Below, piece by piece: positions 46,769 to 61,478 of a stretch of 64,000 bases of DNA; within the stretch, counting starts at the first letter, position 1, and each line of letters begins with the position of its first letter. The notes beneath the pieces are model-generated. The model was not told where the DNA came from and searched no databases. It was given only the letters and a program-made list of their open reading frames with translations. Made by a program: the position numbers and the translations under genes. Source of the DNA: Malacoraja senta (Eukaryota); assembly GCA_038087875.1 (NCBI GenBank), contig CM075998.1, positions 312,001-376,000 on the forward strand, read 5' to 3'.

Positions 46769-48199
46769 GTGATGCAGCTTCATGCTACGGAAAAATGTGA
46801 GACTACCCGCTTGCCTATATGTAAGACAGTTCCACCATTGTCAAGACACATTTGTTTAATGTGGATATAGATTACAACCTACACATTATATAGCCCATGT
46901 ATTGTAGATTAAAATAAAAGTGCAAGTGTGGTTCATAGAAGTATAATCTTAAAAATGGACTGGAATGTGATTGTCTATAGTGTGTTACAGGCACCAGACC
47001 AGTCAGTGGTGTTTCAAATTCCCTCTTTGCCTCATTATTCCTCCTGATCCATTGATTCCTTCTGGAAAGTTGGTACAGTGGAAGAGGACAAGGTTAACGT
47101 CGGCTGCATTGACCTTGTGGGAAAAGTCAGATGTGGTGTGGTTTACCAACTAGTGCCACTGGAGCTTGTTCCTTTAACAAGGAACATACACCTTCCAGAC
47201 AGAAAAGGTTGGGAGATAAGGGAGATTTGGTAAAGCTAGTGAAAGAAACGTTTTCAGAGAATTAAAGGGACCTAGGTACCACTGGATGTAGGAAAGTGAG
47301 GGCTAATGGATGGCATTACCAGCTGGTTCCTGACTGCACCCCGCTGCCAATGGTAGGGAGAATGTCAATGTGCTTGCTCATTCAGACATAACTGGTGACT
47401 TCGAGCCCTAACTGGGAAAAAAATGGACTTCACCCTGCTGACATTTTGACAAGTCTTATATTCAAAATGCTTGGTGACACCCTTAAAAAACAATAACTTG
47501 TTATGTGGTGTGTCACGCCAAACTAGAAAAAGCCCATGATTAATGCCGACTACCAACAGAAATCTGATCCTTGTTTTATTTCCAGGATTTATCAGTTCCT
47601 TGCTATATAAATGGGATATAAATGGGATATTATCTGACTTTGATATCCTTATTAAAATTGAGTTATTTGGGTATCTGTCAGGGGGATTATAGAGTATGAT
47701 TCTGTTGTTACCAACACTGGGGTTCCTTGTGGTTTCGTTTTTAATTACAACTCCACCAATACCAATATTTTGCCTGTTTTAATAAAAAATAGACTGACTA
47801 AACGATGGACACCCATTAAGTCCACTTCACAAAACAAGTTGTGTTTGGGAGCAAATAATGACTGTAAGCAGTCTGACTTCCTCTTGCACTTTGTGTGATT
47901 ATACAAAGTTAGTATATAAACCACATTCAGGCATTTGGGGGCAAATATTTTTGAACATGTGACCTTACAAAGAGTCTACACTGGAAGGGGAAGCATTTTT
48001 CAACAACTGCACTGCTTTCAGACAGTTCTTTTGTTGAAAAATCGAGTTAAAGGGCTAAGAACTCTTGCATTAGTTTGAAAACAAGAAAAAAAGTGTTATT
48101 TACTACACATTTTTGAATGTAAAAACTGATTAGGTTACGAGAAGACTAAGGGAGAAGACCAGATTCCTAGGCTTGTAGTCACAGGAAGGTATACGTTTT

Positions 48200-49372
48200 A
48201 AAAATGTATCTAAGAAGGGCTGCCAAGCAAAACCTAGGAATTATAGACTAGTGAGCCTGACATCTGTGCTAGGTAATACGAGGGGGATTCTGAGGGAAAA
48301 GGTATACACACGCGTTTGGAAAGATGGGGATTAACTGGGGATGATCAGTATAACTGATGCGTGGGAGATTGTGTCTCATGAGTTTTTTGAAGAGGTACGG
48401 CACGATAGAACTATGTATCCCAGGAGGAAAAATGATCTGCCAACAGTCATAAATTCACAAGATACATGAAACATGAAAGTAAAGTGACAAGTAGAAAGGA
48501 TTGGAGATGTGAAAAGATTTGGGGAGTGGAGGTGTGTGGTTATCACGTGTTGCAGAGGAATCTTGATCAACTGGGTAGGTGAGCCGAGGAATGGCAACTG
48601 GATTTTAATTTGGTGCATTTTGGTGCATGGTGTTGCATTTTGGAAAGTCAAACCAGGGTAGGACTTCCACAGTGAACAATAGGGCCCTGGGGAGTGTTGT
48701 GAATCAGAGGGGCCCAGGGGCACAAGTACACAATTCCCTGAAAGTGGTGTCACAGATGCTTCGGGTGGTAATACGTTTACCATGCTGGCCTTCATCAGTA
48801 AGGGCATCGAGTATACAGGTTGAGACTTTATGTTGCAGTTGTACAAGATGTTGGTGAGGCTGCATTTGGAGTATTGTGTTCCGTTTTGGTCACCCCTGCT
48901 GTGGGAAAGATGCCATTCGGCTGGAACGGGTGCAGAGGTGATTTACAAAGATGTTGCCAGGACACAGGGGATTGAGTTATACGGAGAGGTTGGGCAGACT
49001 GGGACTTTATTCCATAGAGTGTAGGAGGCTGAGGGATGATCTTACAGAGGTATATAACGTTCACAGTCTTTTACCCAGGGTTGGGTGATCAAGAACTAGA
49101 GGGCAAAGGTTTAAGGCGAGAGGGGAAAGCTTTATTAGGAACCTGAGGAGCATCTTTTTCACATGGAGGATGGTACATATATGGACCGAGCTGCCAGAGG
49201 AAGTGGTTGACGCAGGTACAATGATAACATTTAAAAGACATTTGGACAGTTAAATGGATAGTAAAGGTTTAGAGGGATATGGGTCAAACATGGGCAAATG
49301 GGAGCAGCGTAGATGGACATCTTGGTCGGCATTGCCAAGTTGGGTTGAAGGGCCTGTTTCTGTGCTGTATGG
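48200..49372 (+). mobile_element. Old, internally deleted CR1 LINE
   Basis: NYRLVSLTSV, VLHFGKSN, LYKMLVRLHLEYC remnants with stops and frameshifts. Confidence 0.8.
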
Positions 49373-50022
49373 CCGTCACAAAAATATTTGGCACAGAACC
49401 AAATGTTCTGGAATCTTCTGGGCTGAAGATTTCCCAATAGACAGGTCATTGACTTCTTCCATCAGATACGATATTCTGCTAAAATCCAAATAGGGCAGCC
49501 CTGCTTGGATTCATTTGCAACAGTTGTCCCCCTTTGACAAATAGGAATCAAGGGTTAGTTGATATAAGGGTCTGTTACTCACATACACACTCCATTTTGA
49601 CCTTTCATAATGCTTTTCCTATCTTGTAGTTTAACGGGGCACCTTCTTTCTATCTTGCTGCAGCCCAGCTACTAGTAATAGTGAGAAAAATGATTGACTT
49701 ATCTCTTTTCAAATATCAGTTACAAAGATTTATTATTAACTTTTAATATCTTTTGTTGGCATAGTTATCAATCGTAAAATTTAATGGCATCTGTGGTAAC
49801 TCATTTAATATTACCACTTTCCTTGGTAACAAAAAGACTTTGGACCTTTAACAGTCTTTGGGAAGGGACAATTTTTCCTAAAGTGAATCAAACATAAGCT
49901 ACACTTATAATGTCAATATCCACGTCATTAGGAGATTGTAATGCAGCTTTAGAAAGAAAGGAAGGAGAGAGAAAAGGGGCAACAAATGACCTGTTAGCCT
50001 GCCATCGCAAATGCAAGCATAT

Positions 50023-50352
50023 TAGGATGTTTCTACTAGTGGGAGAGTCTAGGACCAGAGGTCACAGCCTCAGAATTAAAGGACGTTCCTTTAGGAAGGA
50101 GATGAGGAGGAATTTCTTTAGTCAGAGGGTGTTGAATCTGTGGGATTCGTTGCCACAGATGGCGGTGGAGGCCAAGTCAGTGGATATTTTGAAGGCAGTG
50201 ATAGATAGATTCTTGATTAGTACGGGTGTCAGAGGTTATGGGGAGAAGGCAGGAGAATGGGGTTAGGAGGGAGAGATAGATCAGCCATGATTGAATGGTG
50301 TAGACTTGATGGGCCGAATGGTCAAATGTTGCTCCTATGACATGAACATGAA
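50023..50352 (+). mobile_element. CR1/HER1 3' fragment
   Basis: MFLLVGESRTRGHSLRIKGRSFRKEMRRNFFSQRV. Confidence 0.9.
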
Positions 50353-53300
50353 CATATACTGTAAAGATTAAGCAGAGACAATATGGATTTATTAAAGGGA
50401 AATAACATTTGATGAATCTATAGGCATCCTTTATTGGTGGATCATGTAGAGTAGATGAAGGAGAACCAGTGGATGTGGTATATTTGGACTTGTGATAAGG
50501 TCTCACTAAGGAGGTTAAGGAAGTTGTATGGTGTAGATTTGGATATAATGCATTAGCATGGACTGAGAGATAGTTAACAGATAGAAAATAAAGAATAGGA
50601 ATAAACGAGTCCTTCTCAGGTTGACAGGCTGTGAATATAGGAGTATTTTAGGGATCAGTGCTGAAGTTTGCCCATGGCATAAAATTAAGAGGGAGTTTGA
50701 GGTGTGACAAGGATACAAAGAGGTTTCAAGAGGATATAGACAAAATAAGTGAGTGGGTAACATCATTGCAGATGGAGAAATATAGCAGGTTATCTATTTT
50801 GGTATAAAATTTGGTAAAAATGAATATTTTCTTAACTGGGAAATATTGATGTTTAAATGGAGTCTGTACATACGTCACTGGAAGCTAATAGATAAGGTAC
50901 TTAAAGGGCCTTGCAGCCCATCAAGTCAAGACTCCCAAGACTGGCATGGGCTGACCTGATGGGCTGATCCATCAACCACTGACTCTCCAGAGTAGAAATT
51001 CTCTCCTGGCTTCACGCAACCTCCTGTGAGGCGTTTGGGAAATAAAAACCTCTCTGCTCCAGATTATATACGGGCAGATAAGAGTTGGTCTTGGCATTGT
51101 GGGCCGAAGGGCCAGTTCTCATGCTGTACTGTACCACTCCATACCTGAGCAATGGGGAGAGAGAGAGAAAACAAGGATAGTTTGTGATTACTAAGAGACT
51201 ATGTGAGGAGATCACAGCAGAGGGATGATTTCTAGATTGAGTGTGCAAATACAGTATACAGTAGGCTGAAATTGTCATCTCCAGTGCGCAAAGATGATCT
51301 TAAGTAGAAAACATGAGCTGACCTGTGATGAAGTGCTGGATAATACACAAATTTTATTCTTTGTCTGGCCCCTTTTGTTCATGCTCGATGCCGTGTGTAG
51401 GTATCGGGTGGAGTGAATACTGGATAGATAAATGGCCAATATGTTTGCAGCATCCAAATTGACTGCAGAAAGCTGTCGGCACAAAACCTATTTTTTTTGT
51501 AGTGAGTGCATCTGGGTGTGAAGGTGAGCACAAAAGAGTCACATGATCTCCCAGAAGTGAGAAGATACTGTCATAGTTACCAGCAAGCAAGTCATAGTTT
51601 GATTGACATTGGAGTACTGGTTCATTTGCTGTTTCCAATGCACACGGATGTTTTATTTAATTGAGTGTAAACCACAACGGCATGACCAGACGAGTACTGA
51701 GTGGAATAGATTAATTTGAATGCTGAAGTTTTTTACATATAATCTTTTCCTCTATTTTCATTCCTCAGTTTGGTCCAGTCCCTCCCTGGCTGCCCTGAGG
51801 CTTTGTCAATACCATAATTTTGGTTTATCTAAAAAGACACAAAGTGCTGGAGTAACTCAATGGCTCAGGCTGCATCTCTGAAGTCTGAAGAAGGGTCTCA
51901 ACCCGAAACATCACCCGTTCCTTCTCTCCAGAGATGCTGCCCATCCCCCTGAGTTACTCCAGCTTTTTGTATCCATCTCTGGAGAACTTGGATTGGCGAC
52001 GTTTCAGCTCAGGACCCTTCTTCAGAGTCAAATTCCTCATGCCTAGAACCTGGTTGTTTGTACAAAAGTGACCTGAAAGTCATCTCTGCCTCTCTGGTTG
52101 TTTCCTCCCTCCCTTTTGAGAGTGTATCTGCTCTTCTCTTGTGGCTCAGTTGAAACAGGCACTCCCTGGGAATTTGTTCTGCTCCATGCTGTGTGTGTTG
52201 CTGGGATACTGGGAATACCCTTCTCTCCAGAGATGCTGCATGCCTGACCCACTGAGTTACTCCAGCACTTTGTACCTGTCCACGTTCTCCACAGAGATGC
52301 TGCCTGACCCGCTGAGTTACTCCAGTCTGTCAACAGATACTGGGAGCCTTGAAGGAGATGAGCACATAGAGAATAATAACGCACCAGGAGCAAATAACTT
52401 GAAAGCCAATGTTGTGCCATTGGTTTCTTTTGACCTTTACTATATGATCAATGAGCAACAATAAATAAAATTTCTTAATATCTTAACATATTGCTTTAAA
52501 AAATTCATACAGGGCCAGTGAAAGCCACGTGAGACTTTCCACTGAGTGATTGCATTCTCATTTAATGTTTATTGTTCACATCCGTTGAAGTAAGTCAGAA
52601 TAGATGTGTCATGGTTGCATTCTGTATAATACATTTGGACGTCCTTGGAAGTGACTAGGGCAGTGCTGAGAGAAGTTGCCAATATGGACTATGGGAAATT
52701 AGATTTTAAACCCAATGCCTAGCTGGGAAATAAAATTACATAACCAACCTCAAACAAATTGAAAAGAATAAAAAGACTTGCATTTATGTACTCTTTTTCA
52801 CAACCTCAGGATATTACAGCACTCTGCAGAGAACAAAGTACCAATGGAGGTGGAATCAGCATGAAATAAATAATTTCCAACTTGTGTAAGCTTCCACAGC
52901 CATAGGAGTAATTAACAGGAAATCTGTTTTTGCGACTTGTGCCCCTGCTACTCACATAGTGACATGGTATTTTTAAGGTCTTGTGTAAAAGACGCCACCC
53001 CTTGAAAATGTCTTGACATTGCTCGCTGTGGTTGTGTGCTCAAGGATTTTCCGTTTCCCTGGATTCGAAATGGATTTGCACTCGTTTTTCCTGCCACCCC
53101 TTCCACATATACTCCTTCCTTTGGCTTCACAATTCACACCGCCTCTATCCTTACTTCACACCTTTAGTCTGCTCTTCTCTGGCATTTGTCAGCCGTCTGC
53201 CTATGAAGCCCCTCCTCGCCTAATACTTGCCCGGGTTTGTCCCACTCCTCCCCTCTTCCAGCTTTCTTCCGCCGCCCCACACAATCAGTCTGGCGAAGCA

Positions 53301-53499
53301 TTACTACCCGAAATATCTCCTCGCCATGCTCCCCAGAGACGCTGCCTGAGCCACTTTCACTCTCTGTCTTTTTTTTTTGTAAACCAGCATCTGCATTTCC
53401 TTAAGTCTTCGGTCGGTTTCCCTGGTGATGGTATGAAAATGCCTTCCTGATCTTTCCAGATAAGAAGATCCCTGGCCTCAGTAACACATTTGTATCAAA

Positions 53500-53812
53500 G
53501 TGTTTAAGAAGGAACTGCAGATGCTGGAAAATCGAAGGTAGACAAAAGTGCTGGAGAAACTCAGCGGGTGCAGCAGCATCTATGGAGCGAAGGAAATAGG
53601 CAACGTTTCGGGCCGAAACCCGGAAGGGTTTCGGCCCGAAATGTTGCCTATTTCCTTCAGGGTTTCGGCCCGAAACATTGCCTATTTCCTTCAGGGTTTC
53701 GGCCCGAAACGTTGCCTATTTCCTTCAGGGTTTCAGCCCGAAACGTTGCCTATTTCCTACGCTCCATAGATGCTGCTGCACCCGCTGAGTTTCTCCAGCA
53801 CTTTTGTCTACC
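53500..53812. mobile_element. Penelope pLTR fold-back element (subfamily B) with 4 x 34-bp internal tandem repeat
   Basis: Inverted arms; TSD acacatttgtatcaa. Confidence 0.88.
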
Positions 53813-55522
53813 ACACATTTGTATCAAGGCAGCAATGAAGGAGCTACAGCATCACATGATTCATTGTCCATTTCTTCCAGTTGCTGTTGTGACATGTCGA
53901 AGAGAATCCAGCGTGATTTCTGACTCTTGCAGGAACGCCTGGTAGAACCAGTTTATAACTGCTGATGTTGTTATTTATACTCGGACACCTTCAAACGTGT
54001 ATAACAGCCAAGTAAACACTTTTCATATGTGTGATTAGACAGTGATTTTTAATTTGTAGTGCCACTGCAAGAAAGGAATCATCACCACATCCAAATTTGT
54101 CTGCCTTTGCTTTGCAGAAATTTCATAGCAAATAGGAGTGTAATTCTTGGCCAATTTTCTTCAGTCCTAATCCAGGAACACGGTAATTACTTGCTGTAAC
54201 TCTATCTGATTTCGTAAACTAACTGACAAGGAGTTAATAATAGATTTGGATATGTTGCACAGTGTTCAGGAATTATTTTCCTGATTTATATCTTGAAGCT
54301 TTGTATCTGGAAGCTGAAGTATTTGTTCAATTGCCTGTCTTGGAAAGTATTTTATTTTGTAGGTTTGATGTATCCTTTTTGAATAACCTGTCTGACTGTA
54401 TTTAAGCAAATATCATAAGTGGAGTAAAACAAGGAATTCTGCAAAAACTGCAGCTGGTTATCAAATTTGTGCATCGCTTTCTTTTGAGCCCTTTGGTTAA
54501 AGGTGATTTGCATTCTGGAGATGATTCCGAGATTTGGAGTCGATTGCATGGCATTAAATCCCTTGAAGATTAATCCATCCAATTAATGTGAAGTGACTCT
54601 GAAAAATCAGCGACTTGGATTTTGAGAAATCTTCAAAATGGAGGAAACAGAAATACACATGCCTTGCTTTATTGTGTACATGCTTGTATGATCTAATTCT
54701 CCACGTACTCCACAAAGGCTTTCCAGATATGAGTTCCAGCCATATTTGTGGTTTTATTCCATATAACATTGCTGGGCCAAGAAGGACTATTTGACAAATT
54801 GCCATTATAGAATTGTAGCTTTCAGCAGGGTGGTGCTCTTCATATTTTGTCATCTTCACGAAGCAACTGAGAAATGTGGGCATGGAGGGGCTCTGTAAAT
54901 GGTACACTGTGCAGTACTCGACTTTGCCAAAAAACATTCATCTAAAGAGATCAAACAAAATCAAACTCTTGGGTAGTAAGGAATTGCAGATGCTGGTTTA
55001 CACTGAAGATAGACACAAAATGCTGGAGTAACTCTGCAGGACAGGCAGCATCTCTGGAGAGAAGGAATGGGTGGTGTTTTGGGTCTAGACCCTTCTTCAG
55101 CCTTCTCTCAAGAGATGCTGCCTGTCCCGCTGAGTTACTCCAGCATCTCGTGTCTATCTAAAATCAAAGTCAAAAAGGGGGATAGACACAAAAAGCTGGA
55201 GTAACTCAGCGGGACAGGCAGCATCTCTGGAGAGAAGGAATGGGTGACGTTTCAGGTCGAGACCGTTCAAAAGGGGGAAATGGAAAAGTGGATTTGACAA
55301 CATAACTCCAGTCAGAACCAATACTATATTTTCTACAGTAATGCATGGATTAGCTGATTCAAGAACTAGTCACTACATATTTTAATGCTATTCTTTAAGT
55401 AAAGCCTTGACCATGTACACCCATTTGATATTAAAATGAGTCGTGGTGAAACTTGTTTAAAGGGCAAGCTGTTGGTCTGTGGGAGGAAAATCTCTGCAAA
55501 CTCCATTTTATTTCATTGCCGC

Positions 55523-56060
55523 ATAGAGTCATAGTCATAGAGCAATACAGGTTTGGGAACAGGCCCTTCGGCCCAACTTGCCAACATGTCCCAGCTACAC
55601 TAGTCCCACTTGCCCGCGTTTGGCCCATATCCCTCCAAACCTGTCCTATCCATGTACCTGTCTAACTGCTTCTTAAACGTTGGGATAGTCTCAGCCTCAA
55701 CTACCTCCCCTGGCAGCTCGTTCCATACACCCACCACCCTTTGTGTGGAAAAGGTTACCCCTCAGATTTCTATTAAATCTTTTCCCCTTCACCTTGAACC
55801 CATGTCCTCTGGTCCTCGATTCCCCTACTCTGGGCAAGAGACTCTGTGCATCCTATTCCTCTCATGATTTTATTCAACTCTATAAGATCACCCCTCATCC
55901 TCCTGCGTTCCAAGGAATCGAGTCCCAGCCCTGCCCCAACCTCTCCCTATAGCTCAGACCCTCTAGTCCTGGCAACATCCTCGTAAATCTTCTCTGTACC
56001 CTTTCCAGCGTGACAACATCTTTTCCTATAACACGGTGCCCAGAACTGAACACAATACTC
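55523..56060 (-). mobile_element. CR1 LINE 3' fragment
   Basis: Homologous to 16780-17295. Confidence 0.88.
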
Positions 56061-57109
56061 TTGTTTCCAGAGATCCTGTAAATGTTATTGTGAAGCTGCT
56101 AGATCGTCTCGAGGCATTGCATGACGGTCAAATGCCTGGTTCTGTGCGCTGGGGATGACAACAGATTTGTAACTCTACTTTTGCAACAGGAAGCCATGAT
56201 TGCCATTGCAGAGATCAAACACAGTGCAAAATACAGGAAGCAGTGAAACATATTACTAATCTCTTCACTCGCACGGAGTTTATCTACACAAGTTTGAATG
56301 TTTTTAGAAATAATACTGGCCTCAAATTAAGATTTAAAAAATGTATTTGTGGTTTACCCCTTTTTAATATCTGAAATATTGGATTACAACATAGGAGACA
56401 GCTATTTGGTTATTGTGTCCATGCTAGGTCTTCGATAGAACAATTTAAAAGTAATCCCACTGCACAATAGCCCTCTTTTGTGTTTGAAATAATATTTCCT
56501 TAAACAAAGCCATAGTTTCTGTTTCAAACACCTCATGACAAAATATTGGATGCCTTACAATTCTGAACAAATTAATTCCTTCTTGTTACTTAATATAAAA
56601 TGTCAAGTTTAAATTCCTTTGTCACTGTCCTTCACCACAGGAAGTAGTTTTTTCCTTAGTCACTCTATTGCAATTTTTAATGATTTTAAAAGCCTCTGTT
56701 AAATTTCCTTTCAATCTTCTCTACTCTAGTGGGAACAGTCTCGTTGTCTCAAATCTATCCTCATAATTATATGAGGTCTGAAGAAGGGTTTCGGCCCGAA
56801 ACGTTACCTATTTCCTTCGCTCCATAGATGCTGCTGCACCCGCTGAGTTTCTCCAGCATTTTTGTGTACCCTCATAATTATAGTTTGACATCTTTGGTAT
56901 CCTCGACGTCTCTTTTTTGGCTTCAAATATTCCTTCTATAACAAAAATTTATTTGTTCCTTGCACTTGTACCGTATTTTAGGCAAACCAAATTATTGACC
57001 CTTGTACAGCTGAATCGAACTGCATTTGTACCTTAAATTACATCAGGTTGTGTGTTCCCATTATTTTCTTTCTTTCTACAGGCTTTTATAGTTCTCCTCG
57101 TTCATCCAG

Positions 57110-57480
57110 CTCCTTAGTATTGTGTTTGATAGATAGAATCTTTATTTGCCACACGACCAGGGTTGGTGGTATTTGGGTTTAGTTTATTGTCACGTGTACC
57201 GAGGTACAGTGAAAAGCTTTTGTTGCGTGCTAACCAGTCAGCGGAAAGACAACACATGATTACAATCGAGCCATTCACAGTGTACGGATGCAGGATACTG
57301 GGAATAATGTGAATAATGTTTAGTGCAAGATAAAGCCAGTAAAGCCTGATCAAAGATGGTCCGAGGGTCTCCAATGAGGTAGATAGTAGTTCAGCACTGC
57401 TCTCTGGTTGTGGTAGGATGGTTCAGTTGCCTGATAACAGCTGGGAAGAAACTGTCTCTGAATCTGGAGGTGTGCGTTCC
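57110..57480 (-). mobile_element. Rex-Babar-type 3' fragment
   Basis: Homologous to 9930-10204, 27645-27770, 29750-29970 and 59115-59245. Confidence 0.75.
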
Positions 57481-58566
57481 CACACATGTGTACCTTTTGA
57501 CCTTGTGTCATTGATACATTTTTAGCATTTGAGAAACATAGAAACATAGAAAATAGGTGCAGGAGTAGGCCATTCAACCCTTCGAGCCATTCAATGTGGT
57601 CATGGCTGATCATCCAAAATCAGTACCCCGTTCTGGCTTTTTCCCCACATTCCTTGATTCCCTTAGCCCTTAGAGCTAAATCTAACTTGAATTGAAAACA
57701 TCCAGTGAATTGGCCTCCACTGCCTTCTGTGGCAGAGAATGTTGCCTCTCGCCTGAACCTGGTGAGAAGCATTAACTGGCCAGTTCAGAATGTTGAGCCA
57801 CATGACTGGACCATGTCGCCAGGTGTTGCCTGTATGGTCGTGAGAGGTCTCCTAGTCACCCAAAGAGTCGTAGCGTCTTTCTGGTCGCCGCTGAACTTTC
57901 AACATGTTGAACATTTTCGGCGACCTATGACGGGTGCCGGCAGTGGCCGATAAGGTCGCGTAAGTGGGACAGGCCCTTAAGGAAAAGTTGTCATGAAGGA
58001 AGTATTTCTTTTGAGTCCCATTTGAGTTTTGTATGATGAGCTTTATGGCTATACATTTCTAGGAATCTTGGTTCTGCAATTTGTATGCATTCTTGCACTA
58101 TCTGTTGCTTCTTCCACTGTCTCTGTATTATGTAACTTTATGCTTTTGGGGCAGATATACAATGTTTTACTCCCTTGAGTATGAATTACTTGTTTCTTTT
58201 ATGTTTCTCCTCCTTTGTCCCTTTTGGGGAGATGCATGGTCATATTGTATAATTTATGTGCGGTGACAGGGGGTCCTAAAATGTGCCCCTTCCCCACAGA
58301 ACGTCTGCAGTTCCTGTTTTAAGATAATACGTTTATTTACTTTTCATGCACACAATATTTTCAGATTGAAATGCAAACCTTTCTGTCCAGGATGCACTCC
58401 ACCCACGTTCAAAGCTGGCCCTGTGCTGGAGTATCTGATGTTGAAAAGTGAATGCAATTTTACTGGGGGTTCAACCTGTGCTGAACCTGAAGGTTTAAAA
58501 ATGTTCTGCTTCCACTCAAGATTTACTCTATTTGCTGGATAATTTGCTAAAAGAAGAAAGTGCTGT

Positions 58567-58780
58567 TGTGTAGGAAGGAACTGCAGATGCTGGTTTAAAC
58601 CTAAGATAGACACAAAATGCTAGAGTATCTCAGCGGGACAGGCAGCATCTCTGGAGAGAAAGAATGGGTGACGTTTCGGGTCGAGACCCTTCGGTCTGAA
58701 AAAGGGTCCCGAAACATCACCCATTCCTTCTCTCCACTGATGCTGCCTGTCCCGCTGAGTTACTCCAGCATTTTGTGTCT
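58567..58780. mobile_element. Penelope pLTR fold-back element (subfamily A)
   Basis: Inverted arms; TSD aaagt(g/a)ctgttgtg. Confidence 0.85.
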
Positions 58781-59263
58781 AAAGTACTGTTGTGCTTTAC
58801 TTTCGGAGGTTTCTTGCGTAGAGCTTTACTGGAAGTGCCACTGCTGAAACTCTGATTAGGGAGTGGGACAAGGGTGTTGTTGCTTTAGACTGGAGCTCTC
58901 GAGTTTCTGTTTCAATTACTCTCATGTCAGAAAGTTTCTAAGAACTTTTTTTGAAATGCCAGTGCCCCAGCCTTCCTGGGGGCAAGAGGTTTTGCACGAC
59001 TTGTGAGAGGGAGCAGTATAGACAACAGCATCAATTGCATGCGAACAGCAATAATGTGTATACCGGGATTCAGTCGCCCAAAAAATTGGTCAATACAAAG
59101 TTGGACCAGATGACGTTCAGTTTTGTTTATTGTCACCTGTACCGATGTACAGTGAAAAGCTTTGTTGCGTGCTAACCAGACAATACATGATTACAATCGA
59201 GCCGTCCACAGTGTATAGATACATGATAAGGGAATGACGTTTAGTATAAGGTGCTGAAGCTAA

Positions 59264-59559
59264 AGGGCCTGTCCCACTATACGAGTTTACCCAAGAGCTC
59301 TCCCGAGTTTAAAAAAAAATCAAACTCATGGTAAGTACGTAGAATGTACGTCGGAGCTCGGGACGTCTCTTAGCGGCTCGTAACGCTAACGGCAGGTACT
59401 CGGGAAACGCGGTAAGCTCGTGAAGTTTTTTCAACAGTGTGAAAAATGTCCACGAGAGCCCCGAGTACCTACGAACGGCCATTACCGTAATTCTCCGAGT
59501 TCGATTCAGGGGAAACTCGGGAGAACTCTTGAATTACCTCGTACAGTGGGACAGGCCCT
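59264..59559. mobile_element. MITE with 22-bp terminal inverted repeats (PIF/Harbinger-like)
   Basis: agggcctgtcccactatacgag ... ctcgtacagtgggacaggccct (one mismatch); a related single TIR ends near 57978. Confidence 0.8.
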
Positions 59560-59754
59560 TAGTCTAGTTTTCTTGCCAGAAGCTTACCTTGTGAATTCTG
59601 GGGGTTTAGTTTGAGTCAGTCCTTTATTTCAGTGCTGGAATTAACAATGGCTTGGAGCTCACCATCACAAGCATCATCTGAATTGCTGTTGATTAACTGT
59701 CTTGATTCTTGAGTGAAGATGAAGATTGAAGTTTCATATTCATTGTGTAGATGA

Positions 59755-60008
59755 GGGCGGTGCGCTAGAGTTGCTGCCTTACAGTGCCAGCGATCCGGCA
59801 CGGAGTTTGTACCTTCTCCCCATGACCACGTGAGTTTTCTCCGAGATCTTCGGTTTTCCTCCCACACTCCAAAGACATACAGGTTTGTAGGTTAATTGGT
59901 TTGGTATAAATGTAAATAGTCCCTGGTATGTGTAGGATAGTGTTCATATACAGGAATTGCTGGTCTGTGCGGACTCAGTGAGCCGAAAGGCCTGTTTCCA
60001 CGCTGTAT
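59755..60008 (+). mobile_element. V-SINE (HE1-like), partly deleted
   Basis: ggagtttgtaccttctcccc V-domain and shared 3' region. Confidence 0.8.
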
Positions 60009-61087
60009 TCAGTATTGTGGATATTTTTTGTAAGAGCGAAGCTTTCTCCTCTCTTCTGATCAAACAGATTCCCAAAGACAAAAATGAAGCAATAATGAAA
60101 TACAAGGGTTCGTAATGTTTGTTTTCAAACATCATATATGCTCTAATATTAATTAATATCAGCATGCTTTAAACTAGGTACGGTAATTTTATTTTTCTGT
60201 TATGGATTTAATTAATATTTATCTTGGACTATTTCATCAATATTAGATTTTTCTGCTATATTGCGCTTCACGTTGCCCAAAATGTCTAATTTAAACCATC
60301 TGGCACATTATGCTTATAGCAAGTGATGTGTGTTTTTGTAACTAATTTAGTTTGAGGACTTCCTGTTGCTATCACGCATTTTGCTATTGCAATAACCTAT
60401 TTGTTGAGAGATATGATGAGGAACTTCAAAGGTTAATGCATACACAATCCCCAACAGAAAGTGTGGCAGACTTAAATTCAAGTTATTGGACTGGTCTGCA
60501 ATGTCAGGCAACCAACTGAAATACATTTCTGCGCTTCAAAGGTTTGGCAACGGCACTTTTAAAAACAATGTTGCTTGACAATGTCAGATAATTCCGTGTC
60601 CAATCTAGTGAGAGCAAGCTGTAAAAGCGTCTGAAGAAGGGTCTCGACCAGAAATGTCGCCCATTCATTCTCTCCAGAGATGCTGCCTGTCCCGCTGAGT
60701 TACTCCAGCATTTTGTGTCTATCTTCGTGGTAAGTTTATGCATGATGAGTTTGCTGGATGGATTGTGCTGGGTTAGGATAGGGATTGGGGAGGTCTCATT
60801 CCTTGCACTGCTTATTCTTATTGTCGAGTCCACACACAAGATTAGAAGTTGTTCAGCCAGAGCTGAACACACTTCTCGGCATCTGCATACAATGATGCCT
60901 GTCTTGCGATTCTTGTGTGTGGTGGTGGAAACAGGGCCGTGACGTGAACGCTCTTTCCTTGACCCCCCCCCCCCCTTGCACTGCTCATCTGCTAGTTCTA
61001 GTTGCTGAGGGTCGGAACTAATCCATGCACTTCCACTTTGGTAGAAAAAATAGCTGGACTATTTTCTCCAAATTTATAAATGTTGAA

Positions 61088-61478
61088 AGACAATAGACAA
61101 TAGGTGCAGGAGTAGGCCATTCGGCCCTTTGAGCCAGCACCGCCATTCACTGTGACCATGGCTGATCGTCCACAATCAGTACCCCGTTCCTGCCTTCTCC
61201 CCATATCCCCTGACTCCGCTATCTTTAAGAGCTCTATCTAGCTCTCTCTTGAAAGCATCCAGAGAACCCGCCTCCACTGCCCTCTGAGGCAGAGAATTCC
61301 ACAGACTCACCACTCTCTGTGAGAAAAAGTGTTTCCTCGTCTCTGTTCTAAATGGCTTACTCCTTATTCTTAAACTGTGGCCCCTGGTTCTGGAATCCCC
61401 CAACATCGGGAACATGTTTCCTGCCTCTAGCGTGTCCAACCCATTAATAATATTATATGTTTCAATGAGATCCCCCCC
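61088..61478 (-). mobile_element. CR1/HER1 3' fragment
   Basis: GDLIETYNII...RTRGHSLRIRSKPFRTETRKHFFSQRVVSLWNSLPQ. Confidence 0.9.
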
